NCBI RefSeq assembly: GCF_032062105.1
Contig: NW_026923709.1
Location: 124,001-188,000 of the forward strand
Length of the DNA: 64,000 nt
Source of the DNA: Saccostrea cucullata
Lineage: Eukaryota
Direction of reading: 5' to 3'
Below are positions 13,771 to 26,148 of this stretch, piece after piece. Made by a program: the position numbers and the translations under genes. The notes below the pieces were generated by a model, which did no database searches, had not been told where the DNA came from, and was given only the letters and a program-made list of their open reading frames with translations. How positions within the stretch are numbered: position 1 is the first letter of the stretch; each line of letters begins with the position of its first letter.

Positions 13771-14837
13771 TACTTGTCAAAATTTCTAAGTCCCCACTTT
13801 TATTTTTTCAAAAAGTTCGAAACCTTAACATCAATGTATTAGTTACTTACGATTTTGCCTTTAATTTGCAATACTTACCTGTCAAGGCCAAAATAAATAG
13901 TAATCGAATGTGTAATTACTCGACCGTGACCGTTTTTGTTAAAAAGCATGAATTAATTAAGTTCGAGTTCCATATGTTTTTCGGGTGTACTCTTCATATT
14001 TTTTACTTCCATGTGTTCTCCGTCTTTAATTGATATCGAAAAACAGAAAAAAGTTTGATTAAAATGTGTAGTTTGTCCACACAACAATGTGAAAGTGAAG
14101 TTGAAATGACCAAAGCTGGTCGTAGTTAAGAATTCAGTTTCCTTTCACTATATGACTTTATTTTACTTAAAACCTTTATAATTATCGCCCGAAAAACCTA
14201 CAAAGCATACCTGAATTCCTTCTTATCATTAGAAATCGCTAGATTTTCAACAAACACAACAAAATCATCCTAGAGTTTACCCGGAAAAATCAATTGAACC
14301 GGAACCGGAAGTGCCCTCCCCTCAATGTCAAACTGGAGGAGTGGGGTACACATGTAATAAGACATTATATAACTTTTGTTAGCAAGGCCCGATCATTTTC
14401 GGTAAGCCCCCTTGTCATCCTAATCTCAACCCTAATTAACATGAATTGTATGGAAGAAGGAAGAAACCGGAATTTGAGACAGCATCAGAATCTAGCGGAA
14501 CTAGAGGACGACCTTGTCTCCTCATGGGAAAACATTCAATAAAAGATTTTTTCTTAGATAGTGTGAACTCTAGATCTTTGAGGAACGGCTGTCTTGCTGT
14601 GAATTCGTTTGAATGGAGGATAATGCAGTTTTCAATGTTGTGAATTTTTAATTCTGGGGTGCCTTAACATTTCTGCATATTGTGTTAAAGTGCTTCAATA
14701 AAATAAATTAAGTGAGAAAAAATTGTATTGCTACTTTTTTATTCTGTAAACTTATTAAATTATACTGTTAAGATAATTCAATATAAAACCGGAGTAAAGC
14801 AAAAACTTGCCTGGGGACTTAGAAATTTTGACTAGTA
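13771..14837 (+). mobile_element. Tc1/mariner deletion derivative with transposase C-terminal remnant
   Basis: 26-bp TIRs TACT(T/A)GTCAAAATTTCTAAGTCCCCA with TA flanks. Region ~14405-14620 gives frameshifted NLNP...QNLAELEDDLVSSWENIQ...CLAV, matching the Tc1 SPDLNPIE...L..EW..I...C.AV tail. Confidence 0.8.
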
Positions 14838-14845
14838 TACAGTTT

Positions 14846-14896
14846 GTATAAAGAAGAGAGGCAGCATATAAACTGTAGGTACTATCTGAGGTAAGT
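14846..14896 (+). promoter_or_regulatory. Putative TATA box, short non-coding exon 1 and donor of the EF-hand pseudogene
   Basis: GTATAAAG at ~14846 and a strong donor GAG|GTAAGT at 14891. The next clear + strand acceptor outside the inserted element is TTTCAG at 24814, 1 nt before the ATG. Confidence 0.4.
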
Positions 14897-15424
14897 AATT
14901 AGTAGTTATTGAAATACATGATATATTTAAGCTGGTTGTATAAAGAAAAAATTTTAAAAGTAAATATATTTATTCTTAGTGTATTTATTCCATTTTCCGA
15001 ATTTAATTTATAAAACTGTTTTAATCAACTTGGAATTTGACTATTATATCAGATATTTGATCTTATCAAAGCTCAAGCTATAATGTCCTAGTCTTTTCGT
15101 ACACATTTGAATTAAAAAAATAAACATAGGACATTATATCGTACATTATATGGATTTAACGTCTATGTCATAACGTTTTAATTTTTAATTATAAAAGAAT
15201 AAAATAATTTGAAAATAAATTTTCGTTGTACAATTTTGCCTCGTAATTTTAGTAAAAAAAAGATAATTGTGTGTTTATATGAATTTTTTTAAAAGTAACT
15301 CCTGTAGATTCTTTTGGCTTTAGGAAGTTCTTTTACTTAACACGGGTTGTGTCACATATTCTATACTATATGTATGGCAAGCCCTTTTACTATTTATTCG
15401 TAAAATATTTTTTTCTTTCAAAAT

Positions 15425-15783
15425 GAGAGATATCTCTCTAGCATAGAGAGATATCTCTTTGGCTTATGGAGATATCTCTTAAGCTTATAGAGATATCTCT
15501 TTGACTAATAGAGATATCTTTAAAATTTAGAGAGATATCTCTTTCATTAAAAGAGATATCTCTTTAAACAAAAGAGATATCTCTTTTCGAAAGAGAGATA
15601 TCTTCATAAGCTAGAGAGATATCTCTTTAAGCGAGAGAGATATCTCTAAAAGTTAGAGAGATATCTCTTTTACAAGTTGAAAAGAGATATCTCTCTTAAT
15701 TAGAGAGATATCTCTTTAGATTTTCAAAAAGAGATATCTTTCTAAGCTAAAGACATATCTCTTTTAATGAAAGAGATATCTCT
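15425..15783. repeat. Left subterminal array: ~17 palindromic AGAGATATCTCT motifs at ~21-bp period
   Basis: Direct reading; 12-bp palindrome separated by variable ~9-bp spacers. Confidence 0.95.
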
Positions 15784-16334
15784 TTTCCAATCACCCTGAA
15801 AATAAAATAATTAATTCTCCCGTTAAAAACGAAAGCGAAACAGGAAGTAATGTCTGTTAAGTCGTTCGTTTTCTGATTATTAAAAAGAAGAGGATAAAGT
15901 TGACTGATTGATACAGGTAAACAACGTTAATTGCTTTTAATTATTGTTTTCAGCGGAAGTAATAGAATTTCAAACCAAAACGTTCCCCAAAGATTGGTAC
16001 CATATTATATTTATTTCATTTATTTAGCTCACAGGACAGCTGAGGTGGGGATATAGAATGCAAAGTCAATAACAACAAATCGGAAATACATGTACCCCAT
16101 ATTTCATCGATCACGGGAATACAGGGTTGATTACTACGTCGATTAAACATAATCCTGATAGAATTAATGTTCTTTTTTAATTAATTAATAATCCAAAAAT
16201 AAAAACGTCCAACATTACTTCTTTCATGTACACGGGGATGTATATATTCAATTTCAATATTAACTGTAGGACGTTAAACAACATACATGTACGATCAATA
16301 TACTAACTGTAAAGCCTTATGACCCCCTTCCCAA

Positions 16335-16433
16335 ACACAGGCACCTGAAGTATGGATAATACACCCCCCCTTTTTTTTTAAATTTTTTTTTAAAAAGGTG
16401 GGGGGTATTATCCATACTTCAGGTGCATGTGTT
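16335..16433. repeat. ~100-bp palindromic mini-MITE
   Basis: AACACAGGCACCTGAAGTATGGATAATAC / GTATTATCCATACTTCAGGTGCATGTGTT. Confidence 0.7.
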
Positions 16434-17940
16434 CCCTTATACTCTAACATTATGAGAAAGACATTTTATTTTCTTAAAATAGGCATTAGAAATAGGAATT
16501 TTCTTATTTGTCATAGCTAGAACAATCCCCAATTTATCCAATGGCGTCACCCAACAGGTCCGCACTGGGTCCATAGGACATTCATCATTCAATGGTAGAG
16601 CATTTTATCTACATTTGTCATTATATTTAACAGAGATCCAGGAGGTACTGAAAAAGGGACAATGCTTTGACTGAATGTGTCATCCATGTACCAGTATAGA
16701 CCTGTTAATGAGGCATATCCAGTAATTCTTATACTCATGAAGAGTGTGGCAACTTCCAAGTAGTTTAATGATGGCACTCATTTTAAATCAGGTACAGGAT
16801 AAATTTTAGGGCTGCACTTTTCTTTACTTCAATATTTCAAACTTACTAGTTCAGTTTCAAGTCCACAAAAGCTCAAACACCATGGTAAATCAATGGACCA
16901 TAATGCTAGTTAAATTTGTCATATGCTTTCTTATTAAATTTATCAATTTGAAATTTGATTGGTAAAAAACATTTATTAACAAGTACAATTCTTCTGTGTG
17001 TCTGTCATTAAATCCCAATGATTGTAAATGCACATTGATAGGTTCTCCATAAAAATTGCTAACTGTGCAGAATGTTTGCACATTTTTTTTTCAATGAACG
17101 ACATTTTCTTAACACTGAATCCTTCAGTATAATAAAACAAATATTGCATGCTTATTTTAATACACTATAAATAATCTTTAAGAACAAATTTAAGAAAGTT
17201 TAATTTGTGTATTTGGTAGTTACATGCGTAATTAGTTTTATATATACGTACACAAGCATTTTATAACATTGAAAATATTCAAGAAAGTATTCACTTAATT
17301 TCTTGTAGATGCTCACTTCTAGGATGTTTTCCATGTTCTTGTGAAAAGTGTTTTACATGGCACCATTCAGCTACAAATACTTTGCCGGTGGAACTGTGAC
17401 ATCAATCAACTGCTCATGCCACTGCTAATTGGCAGAATTTCCTTTGGGACAAGCAAACTGTTTCAAATATTTTACACCTGCAAGTTAGTACTTATGAAAT
17501 TTTGTTTAAAGGAAGCTAAAAGCTAATGAGTACTGAAAATACGAGCCAGATGAAGTACAAAAGTGTTGATACAAGTCATTTAGAATTTTTAATTCTTTGC
17601 AGGTAGTGATGAGTGTACTGGAAGTTTTTTCGGGATCTTGTCCGACATCATAGGAACAACTGGTCACTGTGCTTTCTTGGTTATATAAGCAGGCATATTG
17701 TTAAAGTGGTGACATATGTAGCTTCAAATGATGCTTGACTGTTAAAGTGTTTTTCTTCGATTTATAAGTAAACCTGGATTGATCTCTGATGCAGTAATAT
17801 AGAGCCATGTCCATTCTTGAATATTCCATCATCCCACTGTCACAAAGAACTGAAATAAAAATGATTTTGATTTTAAAAATATTTTTGTTGTTTATATGTA
17901 ACATAAAATTCTACAGAAATTCAAATATTAAAACTACTTC

Positions 17941-18444
17941 AAAACAAAATGTGTTTGTGAAACACTCTGCACCAGGCGGCAACAAATTCAATTAAGTTTT
18001 TTTTTAGCATATAGGTCACAGTCAAGGTCACAAGGTCATTGGCTTTGGTGTCATTTGAAAGAGATTAATTAGTGGAGTATGCAAATCAAATATGAAGTCT
18101 ATATCTTTAATGGTTTAAAGGTATGGCGAAAGTTCAAAATGGTATTTATAGCATTAAAGTCACAGTGAAGGTCACAAGTTCACTGGCCTTGGTGTCATTT
18201 GAAAGAGCTTAATTAGTGAATATGATTTCTCTATCTTTCATGATTCAAAAGTTATGGCGAAAGTTAAAAAAAAGAGCTATTTTTAGCATATAGGTCACAG
18301 TCAAGGTCACAAGGTAATTGACCTTGGTGTCCTTTGAAAGAATTTATTTAGTGGAGTAGGCATATTAAATATGAAGTCTGTATCTCTCAAAAGTTATGGT
18401 GGACATTAAAGTTGACAATAGACAAACAAACAAAGAAACAGGAT

Positions 18445-18447
<3 letters not shown>
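17941..18447 (+). mobile_element. Helentron-associated non-autonomous element (HINE) with ~145-bp GGTCACAGTCAAGGTCACAAGG tandem units
   Basis: About 3 tandem units followed by a GACA/AACA microsatellite; same family as 27655-28405 (opposite strand); interrupted by the element at 18448. Confidence 0.7.
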
Positions 18448-18484
<37 letters not shown>

Positions 18485-18942
18485 GCTTTGACCATTCTGT
18501 TCTTTACCAGATTTCCCCCTTGTAATACATAATGCATCTCCACCCTACCCCACTGATCATAATTTAGACATTTTGAAATCTACACTACCCCACGATCCTT
18601 CCATGTGCACATAAGTTTCTGCTTTTCTGGCCCAGTGGTTCTTGAGAAGAAGATTTTCAACCTTATATTTCTATGTACATGTAAAACTTTGATTCCCCAT
18701 TGTGGCCCTGCCCTTCCCCCGGGGGTCATGATTTGAACAATTTAGAATCTACACTACCCTAGGAAGCTTCCACATAAGTTTCAGCTTTTCTGGCCCAGTG
18801 GTTCTTGAGAAGAAGATTTTTTAATGACCCCACCCTATTTTTGTCTTTTCTTGATTATCACCCCTTGTGAGGGGACTTGGCCCTTTATTTTAACAATTTA
18901 AATTCCCCTTCACCCAAGAATGCTTTGTACCAAGTTTGGTCA

Positions 18943-18979
<37 letters not shown>

Positions 18980-18983
18980 GTGA

Positions 18984-19016
<33 letters not shown>

Positions 19017-19053
19017 GGACAGACAGACAGACAGACGGATGACGGACAAAATG

Positions 19054-19093
<40 letters not shown>

Positions 19094-19096
19094 CAA
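18448..19096 (+). mobile_element. CvA/Cg170-type HINE
   Basis: AACAAGAGGCCCATGGGCCACATCGCTCACCTGAG start, ~165-bp units, (GACA/GACG)n, and terminal hairpin GCTCACTTGAGCCTTCGGCTCAGGTGAGC. Confidence 0.85.
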
Positions 19097-19556
19097 CAAT
19101 AGACAATAATTCACTTATTTTATGATTGTGTATATTAATGTGACTGAATTTTGGAATCAATTTGTACAATGGTTTAGTGTCATTGAAAAAGATTAAAAAA
19201 TATCCAAAAGAACTGTTTTACTTGGTAATATAGAAGGAAGTTGTTTAGAAAATTTCTTTTATTAGTTGCAAAAAAAATTATTCTATTTAAGATCACAAGA
19301 TTGTAAGCCATTATTTATTGATGCAGTAAAGTTCTTTAAGTATTACAGAAACATAGAAAATTGTTGTGAAAAAGTTTTTCAATGTATAAGGACAAAATAC
19401 TCAGTAAATGGGTCCTGTATGATAATGTGTACAACAAGTGATGAAAAAATCAAAATTGTATTTTTTTGTTAATTTATATCTACACATTTTGGTACACCTG
19501 TTTTGTTTTTAGATAAATTGTATGTTTAACTGTCATATGTTTGCATATATGTACAT

Positions 19557-19983
19557 TTATTATGCCCCCCTTTGAAGAAAGGAGGGCATATTGCTTTGCT
19601 GCTGTCTGTCAGTCCATTTAGTTTCGATTCATTTTCTTCACAACCATTGCACTGAAATGAAATTTGGTATACAGGTATATCAGATGAATATCTAGGTCAA
19701 GTTCTGTTTTGGGTACCATCATCGTGCCATTTTTGACAAAGTTATGCCCCTTGGATTTAGAAAAATTCCAATTAGTTGCAGTTTCCGTTCATTTCCTTTG
19801 CAGAGGTTGTACATACTGAAGTGAAATTTAGTATACAGATTTATCAGATGAATATCTAGGTCTATTTCTGTTTTAGGTATGATCGCACCATTTTTGACAG
19901 AGTTATGCCCTTTTGGACTTCGAGAAATTCCAATTTGGGGGGGGGGGGGGAGGGGGGCATAAGTGTTTAACAAACATTTCGTT
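19557..19983 (-). mobile_element. HINE (third family), ~2 internal tandem units
   Basis: Terminal hairpin ATGCCCCCCTTTGAAGAAAGGAGGGCAT, TGTC microsatellite, duplicated ATGAATATCTAGGTC...GTTATGCCC unit. Confidence 0.65.
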
Positions 19984-21635
19984 ATTTTTAAGTTTAGAAA
20001 GTGCACTGTGTGAGTGTGTGCAATTGTGGTGGTGAGTGGGTGAAAATTGTCTTGTGTTTGTACAGTGTATAGTGTATATATGGATATGGAAAAAGCTTCA
20101 AAATAAAGCATTAAAAAAAAAGTTTTCGAAAGTATGGCAATTATATACCAGTACTCAGAAATGCTAAATAAAAGGCTTCGTAGAAGAAAAAAATAATTAA
20201 AACTACCAATCAAATAAGTATTAAATGTAAATCTTTTCAGATGAAGGTTTTGCTTTGTCAGATTCTTTGCTTATAGGGACACTTGCCTTTAATAATGTCA
20301 TGACAGGTGAGGCACATGGCTGGTCTTCATGCTTGATCAGTTCTTAATTAAAACCATCCAGTATTGTCCTAAGATTGCCAGATGTACAGACAAAACCTGT
20401 AATTTAGCAAGCTTCTGTAACATGTCATTTGAATTTATAACATAGGCCATAGTTGTATGTGCAACTGATAATAATGTAGGAGTAAGGACAGTAAGGTGCC
20501 TGACAAATAATGAGTTATAAATGAGTTATAAATCAAATATCCATTCCTTTGATACAAATTTTAACCTTCTTCATTAAATTTTATCAATGATTGTACAAGA
20601 AAATCAGAATAAAAATTTATACACAAAAAATATTTTCATTTAAAATTTTTTAAAAATATTTATTGCATTTTCATATTTAGGGTACCCTTCCAAGGCCAAC
20701 AATAAAAAAAATTATTTGTTTGATGTACTCTGACTGACCTTTTAAAATAGCCCCTACCCATTTGCAATCAATTTTATCATTTTTTGGGGGCACTTAAAAA
20801 AATTTTTAATTTCCCCCCCTTAATTTTCATAGATGTTTTAAAGATAAGGTATCATATTTTTTTTAGGATGCTTTAATTTATAAATACAAATAAAGTCTTT
20901 CTAACTAAATGAAAACATCAACAGATTTCTGAGTCTGTGGTTTTAAATTATTTAAATATGACAGTTATCAATTTATTCAATACTGTAAGGTATAAAAAAA
21001 ACTAGAAATATGTCCACAGGACAGGAATGCCCGTCAAGGGTATTTTAGTAATGCAACATGAAAATTCGTATGAAATTTGATCAGAATATCTTGAAAAGTG
21101 ATACAGTTGAATTGCTTACATCAGTATGTATCAGCATATGAAGTTTGACACTAATTTCAGAGATGTGAGGTCAAGGTCAAATGAAAGGTCAAGGTCATGT
21201 TGATGCAGTTGAATTGCTTACATCAGAATGTATCACCATATTAAGTTTGACACTAATTTAGGAAAATTGAGGTCGGTATACCTACCGACCTACCTACCAA
21301 CCTTGATAAAAGTGGGTAGGAGTACATCAAACAAATATATTTTTAAAGATGGCCAATGTTGACTAGTATATTAGTCATTTGATATGCTGTCTAATAAAAA
21401 TAAATTTTATATTTGTCTTAGAACTTATTTTGTTGAATCAATTTCATACCTGTTTTTGATTTGCATTGTTTTGGATGCTGATAATTCAAAGTCAGTTTAG
21501 TCTTAGGTGCTGCTGACTTTGGATCTCTTAGGAACTGCATCTTTTATCTGTGTCACTGGTTCTCTTGTACCTCTGTTATAAAATAAGTTTTAGTGTATAC
21601 AGTTGTGTAATATCAGTGAATAAATTGAACAGACA

Positions 21636-21948
21636 GATTGATTGATTGTATATTGTTTATCGTTCCTCTCAAGAATTTTTCACTCATATGGAAACACCAG
21701 TGGAAAGCTGCAAATTTTGTCTTATACTCGGCACTCAGGGCCATTGACTGATTGAGCAGAAAGGGATCTTTTTTAGTGCCAACACCTGACCTACTGCAAC
21801 AAGGGGCCACGGTTATACTGTATCATCCCAAGGACAGGTCTCCACATCCCACAGTGGGATTCAAACTCATGATGTAAAAATGATGTAAAACTCCTTATTT
21901 CGCGACTCTAAAGCACTTAGCAGACATAACCACTGTGCCATGCAGGCG
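21636..21948 (-). mobile_element. tRNA-derived SINE
   Basis: Minus strand reads GCCTGCATGGCACAGTGGTT (A box), then GAGTTTGAATCCC (B box), and ends in a (CAAT)n tail. Confidence 0.7.
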
Positions 21949-22198
21949 AATTTGAACAGACAGAAAAATTGACCAAAATCCATAAACCATGTTCTATAAA
22001 CAGGGAACATACTCTCTAAAGTGAGAAATATGGTCATCTGAATTTTATTTTATGCAGAGAGATGGCAAAATATATTAACATCTTATCCTTGTGAAATAGA
22101 TCTAAATTGCTACAATCATTTAATGCTCAAAAAATAATCCACAGATACAAAGCAGGTTAAAATTTAATGAAAAAAAGTATATTAAAAAAAAGAATGCT

Positions 22199-22669
22199 GG
22201 TGGTTTCGCTCTGATTATGTGTTCGCGCTGAGTGGTTTCGCACCGATCACTTGTTCGCGCCCAGTGGATTCGCCCTGCATGTACATTATATATTTAGCTT
22301 TAAAGTTTTAAAGAATTTCTATCTATATGAGTGCTTATAGTGAAGAATATATTATTCTTTTTTCTACTTACTGATGTGTCTGTATGCAAAGATTGATTGA
22401 CTTTGAAGTTTCCGTGTTCTACATAATTTAATATTGTAAATCAACTGAAAAACAATGAAAGCCTTCATTGAAAAATCAATGAGATTTGTGAAATAAATAT
22501 TTTAAAATATCCAGTCCTAAGTTATTCCAAATTATACGATCAAATCTGTTCAAATAGTCATAATTTGGGTAAAAATGGCCTCACTAAAATTATTAATACA
22601 AGATGGGATCCCACATGTCACGACATTAATGCTTGGGGTTGATTTATTACAAGCTACCTGACAGGTAAT

Positions 22670-22701
<32 letters not shown>

Positions 22702-23660
22702 GCCAGTCTGTAAACTACCCATATCTTACCATACTTGCCAACCTCCAGCATGTAAAAATCTGGTCATGACCAGATTTGGAAAGTAAAAAATCTGGTCATA
22801 ACGCGTAACGACATTCACGACATATTTACCATGATTAAATTTTATAATACATGTATACAAAGTATTTGTGTATTGAGAATTCTTTTATTGAAAAAGGATT
22901 TAATTTACTATGACAAAAAAATTTATACATAATTTGCTTTAATTTACATGTTAAAAATGAAAATTGAAGGTTTCATATTTCAGATTTGACCTGAAGTAAA
23001 TGTACATTTTTTTAAAAGGCCTTTTCAGTTTCTGCTAAATTTGAAAGCATACCAATTTCAGTTTTGAAGTTGTTTTTCCTCTCTCTTAATTAATTAATTA
23101 CTGCAACATGTTTTAAATTTGAAGTTAGGCCTACACTGTCTTTGATCACTTTATTTTATCTAGAATGAAAGTTTTTTCCCCCAAGATTCCTTGATATGTA
23201 CATAAATATCGTTTCTCTTTTTCTTGGTTCAATCAGAGACATGTGTTTGGTTCAATTTGTTCCTGTTGGCCCTGATAACGATCTAGTTCTATGGGAAGCC
23301 ATTTTAATTAACTTCAAACATTGATTTGTCAAAACAACACCCAGTTAATTGTTTACACCTGCACAGATAATTAATCCATCGGCATTGTTTACGTAGATCT
23401 AAGCTTGGGTTGTAACTGGAAATTAAAAGTGCAACCTAATTTACGAACCAAATCCGGAAATCGGGATATTTTCGGGTTGTTCGGCAAAAATCGGGTGATA
23501 AGCATGACCCGCCGGGTCATAAAAAATAATCGGGTTATGGGTTGAAAAATCGGGTGTGACCCGACGAAATCGGGTGAGTTGGCAACTATGTATCTTACCT
23601 GTAGATAAAGGGGGCGAAACCACTCGGCGCGAACACGTTATCGGCGCGCGAAACCACCCT
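22199..23660. mobile_element. TIR element with GGTGGTTTCGC termini (Harbinger/ISL2EU-like), nested in the IS3EU-like element
   Basis: GGTGGTTTCGCTCTGATTATGTGTTCGCGCTGAGTGGTTTCGC / GCGAAACCACTCGGCGCGAACACGTTATCGGCGCGCGAAACCACC; related end fragment at ~48390-48450. Confidence 0.65.
22730..23590. mobile_element. hAT-type non-autonomous element, 8-bp TSD
   Basis: TIRs CATACTTGCCAAC / GTTGGCAACTATG; TSD TATCTTAC at 22722-22729 and 23591-23598. Confidence 0.85.
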
Positions 23661-24240
23661 ACTCCAAAAAAAAATTACCCAAACAAAAGTGATGCAGCCA
23701 CAATATCATAAATATGAGGTTGGTACCCATCCACGACAAAACTCCTCTATAATCAGCTGATAATAACATCTCGGATTCAAGAGAAATCTGTTAAAAAAAA
23801 TAATGCAAAAGATAATTTCGAACTATTTCATTCGGTTAAGAATAAAACACTTCATTTTCTCTCAAAATAAACAAGAAACGGATGACAGTATTGACACTCT
23901 CTGATTTGTAAAGTTTACCTGTATTTCGAGCGAAATATTCCTGGTGGACGCTCGCACCCAATTTTTTATGACATGAAATTCATCCATCGTAAGTCGGAAA
24001 ACCCTTCGGCTTTGTAAAACTATTTAATTTCCCCCACAAGCTTTGTGTAAATCAGAAACATGCTGAACTCAATACACAACACCACCCGGAAGTGAAAGTT
24101 ATCGTAAAATCTCGCGAATCACGTGATGAGACTTACATCCTCTGGACCGAATTTTCTCAGCTTTTGAAATAATGAATAAAAAGATTACTTCCGGTAAAGG
24201 GAGAAGTCATTTCAAATGGAATTTAAATAAACATAATGAA

Positions 24241-24719
24241 GAGAGATATCTCTTTGCAATAAAGAGATATCTCTTTTTGCTTCAGAGATATCTCTTTTCG
24301 ACCCTTTTGAAAGATATCTCTTTCACTTTCAGAGATATCTTTTAAGATAAACTTAGAGAGATATCTCTTTTACTTTAAGAGATATCTCTTTAACTTGGAA
24401 AGATATCTCTCTAAGTGAAAGAGATATCTCTCTAGGTGAAAGAGATATCTCTCTAGTTGAAAGAGATATCTCTTTAACGATCAGAGATATCTCTTTAACG
24501 TTCAGAGATATCTCTTATCACGAAAGAGATATCTCTCAAGGGCAAAGAGATATCTCTCAAAGAAAAAGAGATATCTCTCTCAGTAAAAGAGATATCTCTC
24601 TAACTTTAAGAGATATCTCTTTCTTATAGAGATATCTCTTAAGAATAAGAGATATCTCTTAAATTTGAGAGATATCTCTATTTTTTAAGAGATATCTCTC
24701 TAAAATGAGAGATATCTCT
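24241..24719. repeat. Right subterminal array: ~23 palindromic AGAGATATCTCT motifs at ~21-bp period
   Basis: Direct reading; counterpart of the 15425-15783 array. Confidence 0.95.
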
Positions 24720-24815
24720 GTAATTTTAAAATAAAATTTATTTTCCGAATAAATAGTAAAAGGGCTTAATTGCCATATATATGTTAAGAGTAAAGACACA
24801 TTTCAACCTTTCAGG

Positions 24816-26148
24816 ATGAAGACTGTCATCTGTCTTACTTTCTTATCGGTGCTAGTGTGTACTCTGGCGGAGGAAAGATGGTGTGTAGGATGGGATAGGA
24901 AGGGAGGAAAGGTCAGTATAAATTAAAATTTCCGAAGTATAGTCCTTCATAAAAAGAAATTACCAGTTCTTAATGTACGTCAAGGGTATATTATATTGTA
25001 TCTAAATGTTTCATTTGCTGATCATTGTTTCTAAATTTTGGCTTACAAAACACTATCTAATCAAAATCAGACTTCTTATATCCGCGCCGTATACACTCTG
25101 CGTAAAAAGATCTTACACAGAGTGTATACGAGGCGGATCTAAGAAGTGTAGTTTTAATTAAATTATTAGAAAACATTACATGCAACATGAGTTATGGTAC
25201 ATACAGTGTCATTACATTGCTTTAGATACAAATAAAGATGGTAAAATGACTAAGCTAGAGTTCCAGAAAGTCGCTGCCACTTATGGATGAGAAGGATCTC
25301 CTGTCGTCTTTTCCATCTCGGACACCAGCGGTTTCCTTTATTTCTTTACATTATTACATCTTTTATTTATATATTTTTTTATTTCTACATTGCTAGTAAA
25401 AATTTTGTTTTACGTGTGCTTTGAATAAAAGTTCAATCAGGTTTTCTTCACATTTCAATTTTCTCACTTTGGTGCCTGAATGAAATATAATGATTTGTTT
25501 CCAGGTAGATTCTTTTTTAAAATTCAAAAATATAAATTGTTTTTTAAATTTAAAAAAAAATGTGGACTTACTCTGGTACAAGACCCAAAAGATCGAAATA
25601 ATGTAGAGCCTTTCGAAAAGATCTTTTAACATTAATATGTAGTATTTGAGTGAGTGCCAGTGTACAATCAAATTTAGCTCGAGGTGCTCGATAAAACACT
25701 ATCACAAAGTTCATGATGCTAATCAATTAATTATATATATCAAGTTTTTTCCGTATTCGTGCAGGTACAAAGGATTAAAATAATTTTTGCATATTTTATT
25801 ATTACCAGTATGTCAATGTCTTACAAATAAGTACATTACTAATTAGCTCTTGCTTAATTATTCATAGATTTTGAAAGAAGATAATCCTGTGAATTGCCGC
25901 ATGAAAGAATATTAAAATATATACATGATTTTGTAAACATTCAATTTTTTAGTGTTTCATCGTTAATAAAGACACTGTAATACGGTTGGTTTTATATTTA
26001 TATATAGTGTGCTGAATATATTTCAGACGATGATGTAATCCAGGAAAAGTAATTTTACCAAAACGCTAAACGTCTTGTGAAAATTCATTTAATGGCCGAT
26101 TGTCAGCAAGATAGAGCAATGGCTGGGTGGAATTGGGGCTGGGGCTAA
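24816..26148 (+). pseudogene. Secreted two-EF-hand calcium-binding protein pseudogene
   Basis: Exons 24816-24911, 25207-25330 and 26027-26148 (GT-AG, phases 0 and 1): MKTVICLTFLSVLVCTLAEERWCVGWDRKGGK|CHYIALDTNKDGKMTKLEFQKVAATYG*EGSPVVFSISDTS|DDDVIQEK*FYQNAKRLVKIHLMADCQQDRAMAGWNWGWG*. Signal peptide; EF loops DTNKDGKMTKLE and DTSDDDVIQEK*; in-frame stops at 25288-25290 (TGA) and 26050-26052 (TAA). Confidence 0.75.
25058..25160. repeat. ~100-bp palindromic element in intron
   Basis: ACTTCTTATATCCGCGCCGTATACACTCTG / CAGAGTGTATACGAGGCGGATCTAAGAAGT. Confidence 0.65.

Larger units (their letters stand above)
15373..24777. mobile_element. 9.4-kb defective TIR DNA transposon, IS3EU-like (TATGG...CCATA termini, 6-bp TSD)
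   Basis: Left TIR TATGGCAAGCCCTTTTACTATTTATTCG; right CGAATAAATAGTAAAAGGGCTT(AAT)TGCCATA; TSD TATATG at 15367-15372 and 24778-24783; matching subterminal arrays. The superfamily call rests on termini and TSD only; no intact transposase seen. Confidence 0.8.

Noticed and set aside
21860-21948. Functional tRNA gene
   Set aside because: A and B boxes are present but there is no cloverleaf; it is followed by a SINE body and microsatellite tail.
15425-24719. CRISPR-like repeat/spacer arrays (AGAGATATCTCT plus variable spacers)
   Set aside because: Repeat of 12 bp and spacers of ~9 bp are far too short; the arrays are subterminal repeats inside paired TIRs.
25288-25290. Selenocysteine read-through of TGA in the EF-hand gene
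   Set aside because: A second stop is TAA, the position is not Cys-like, and no SECIS was recognised.
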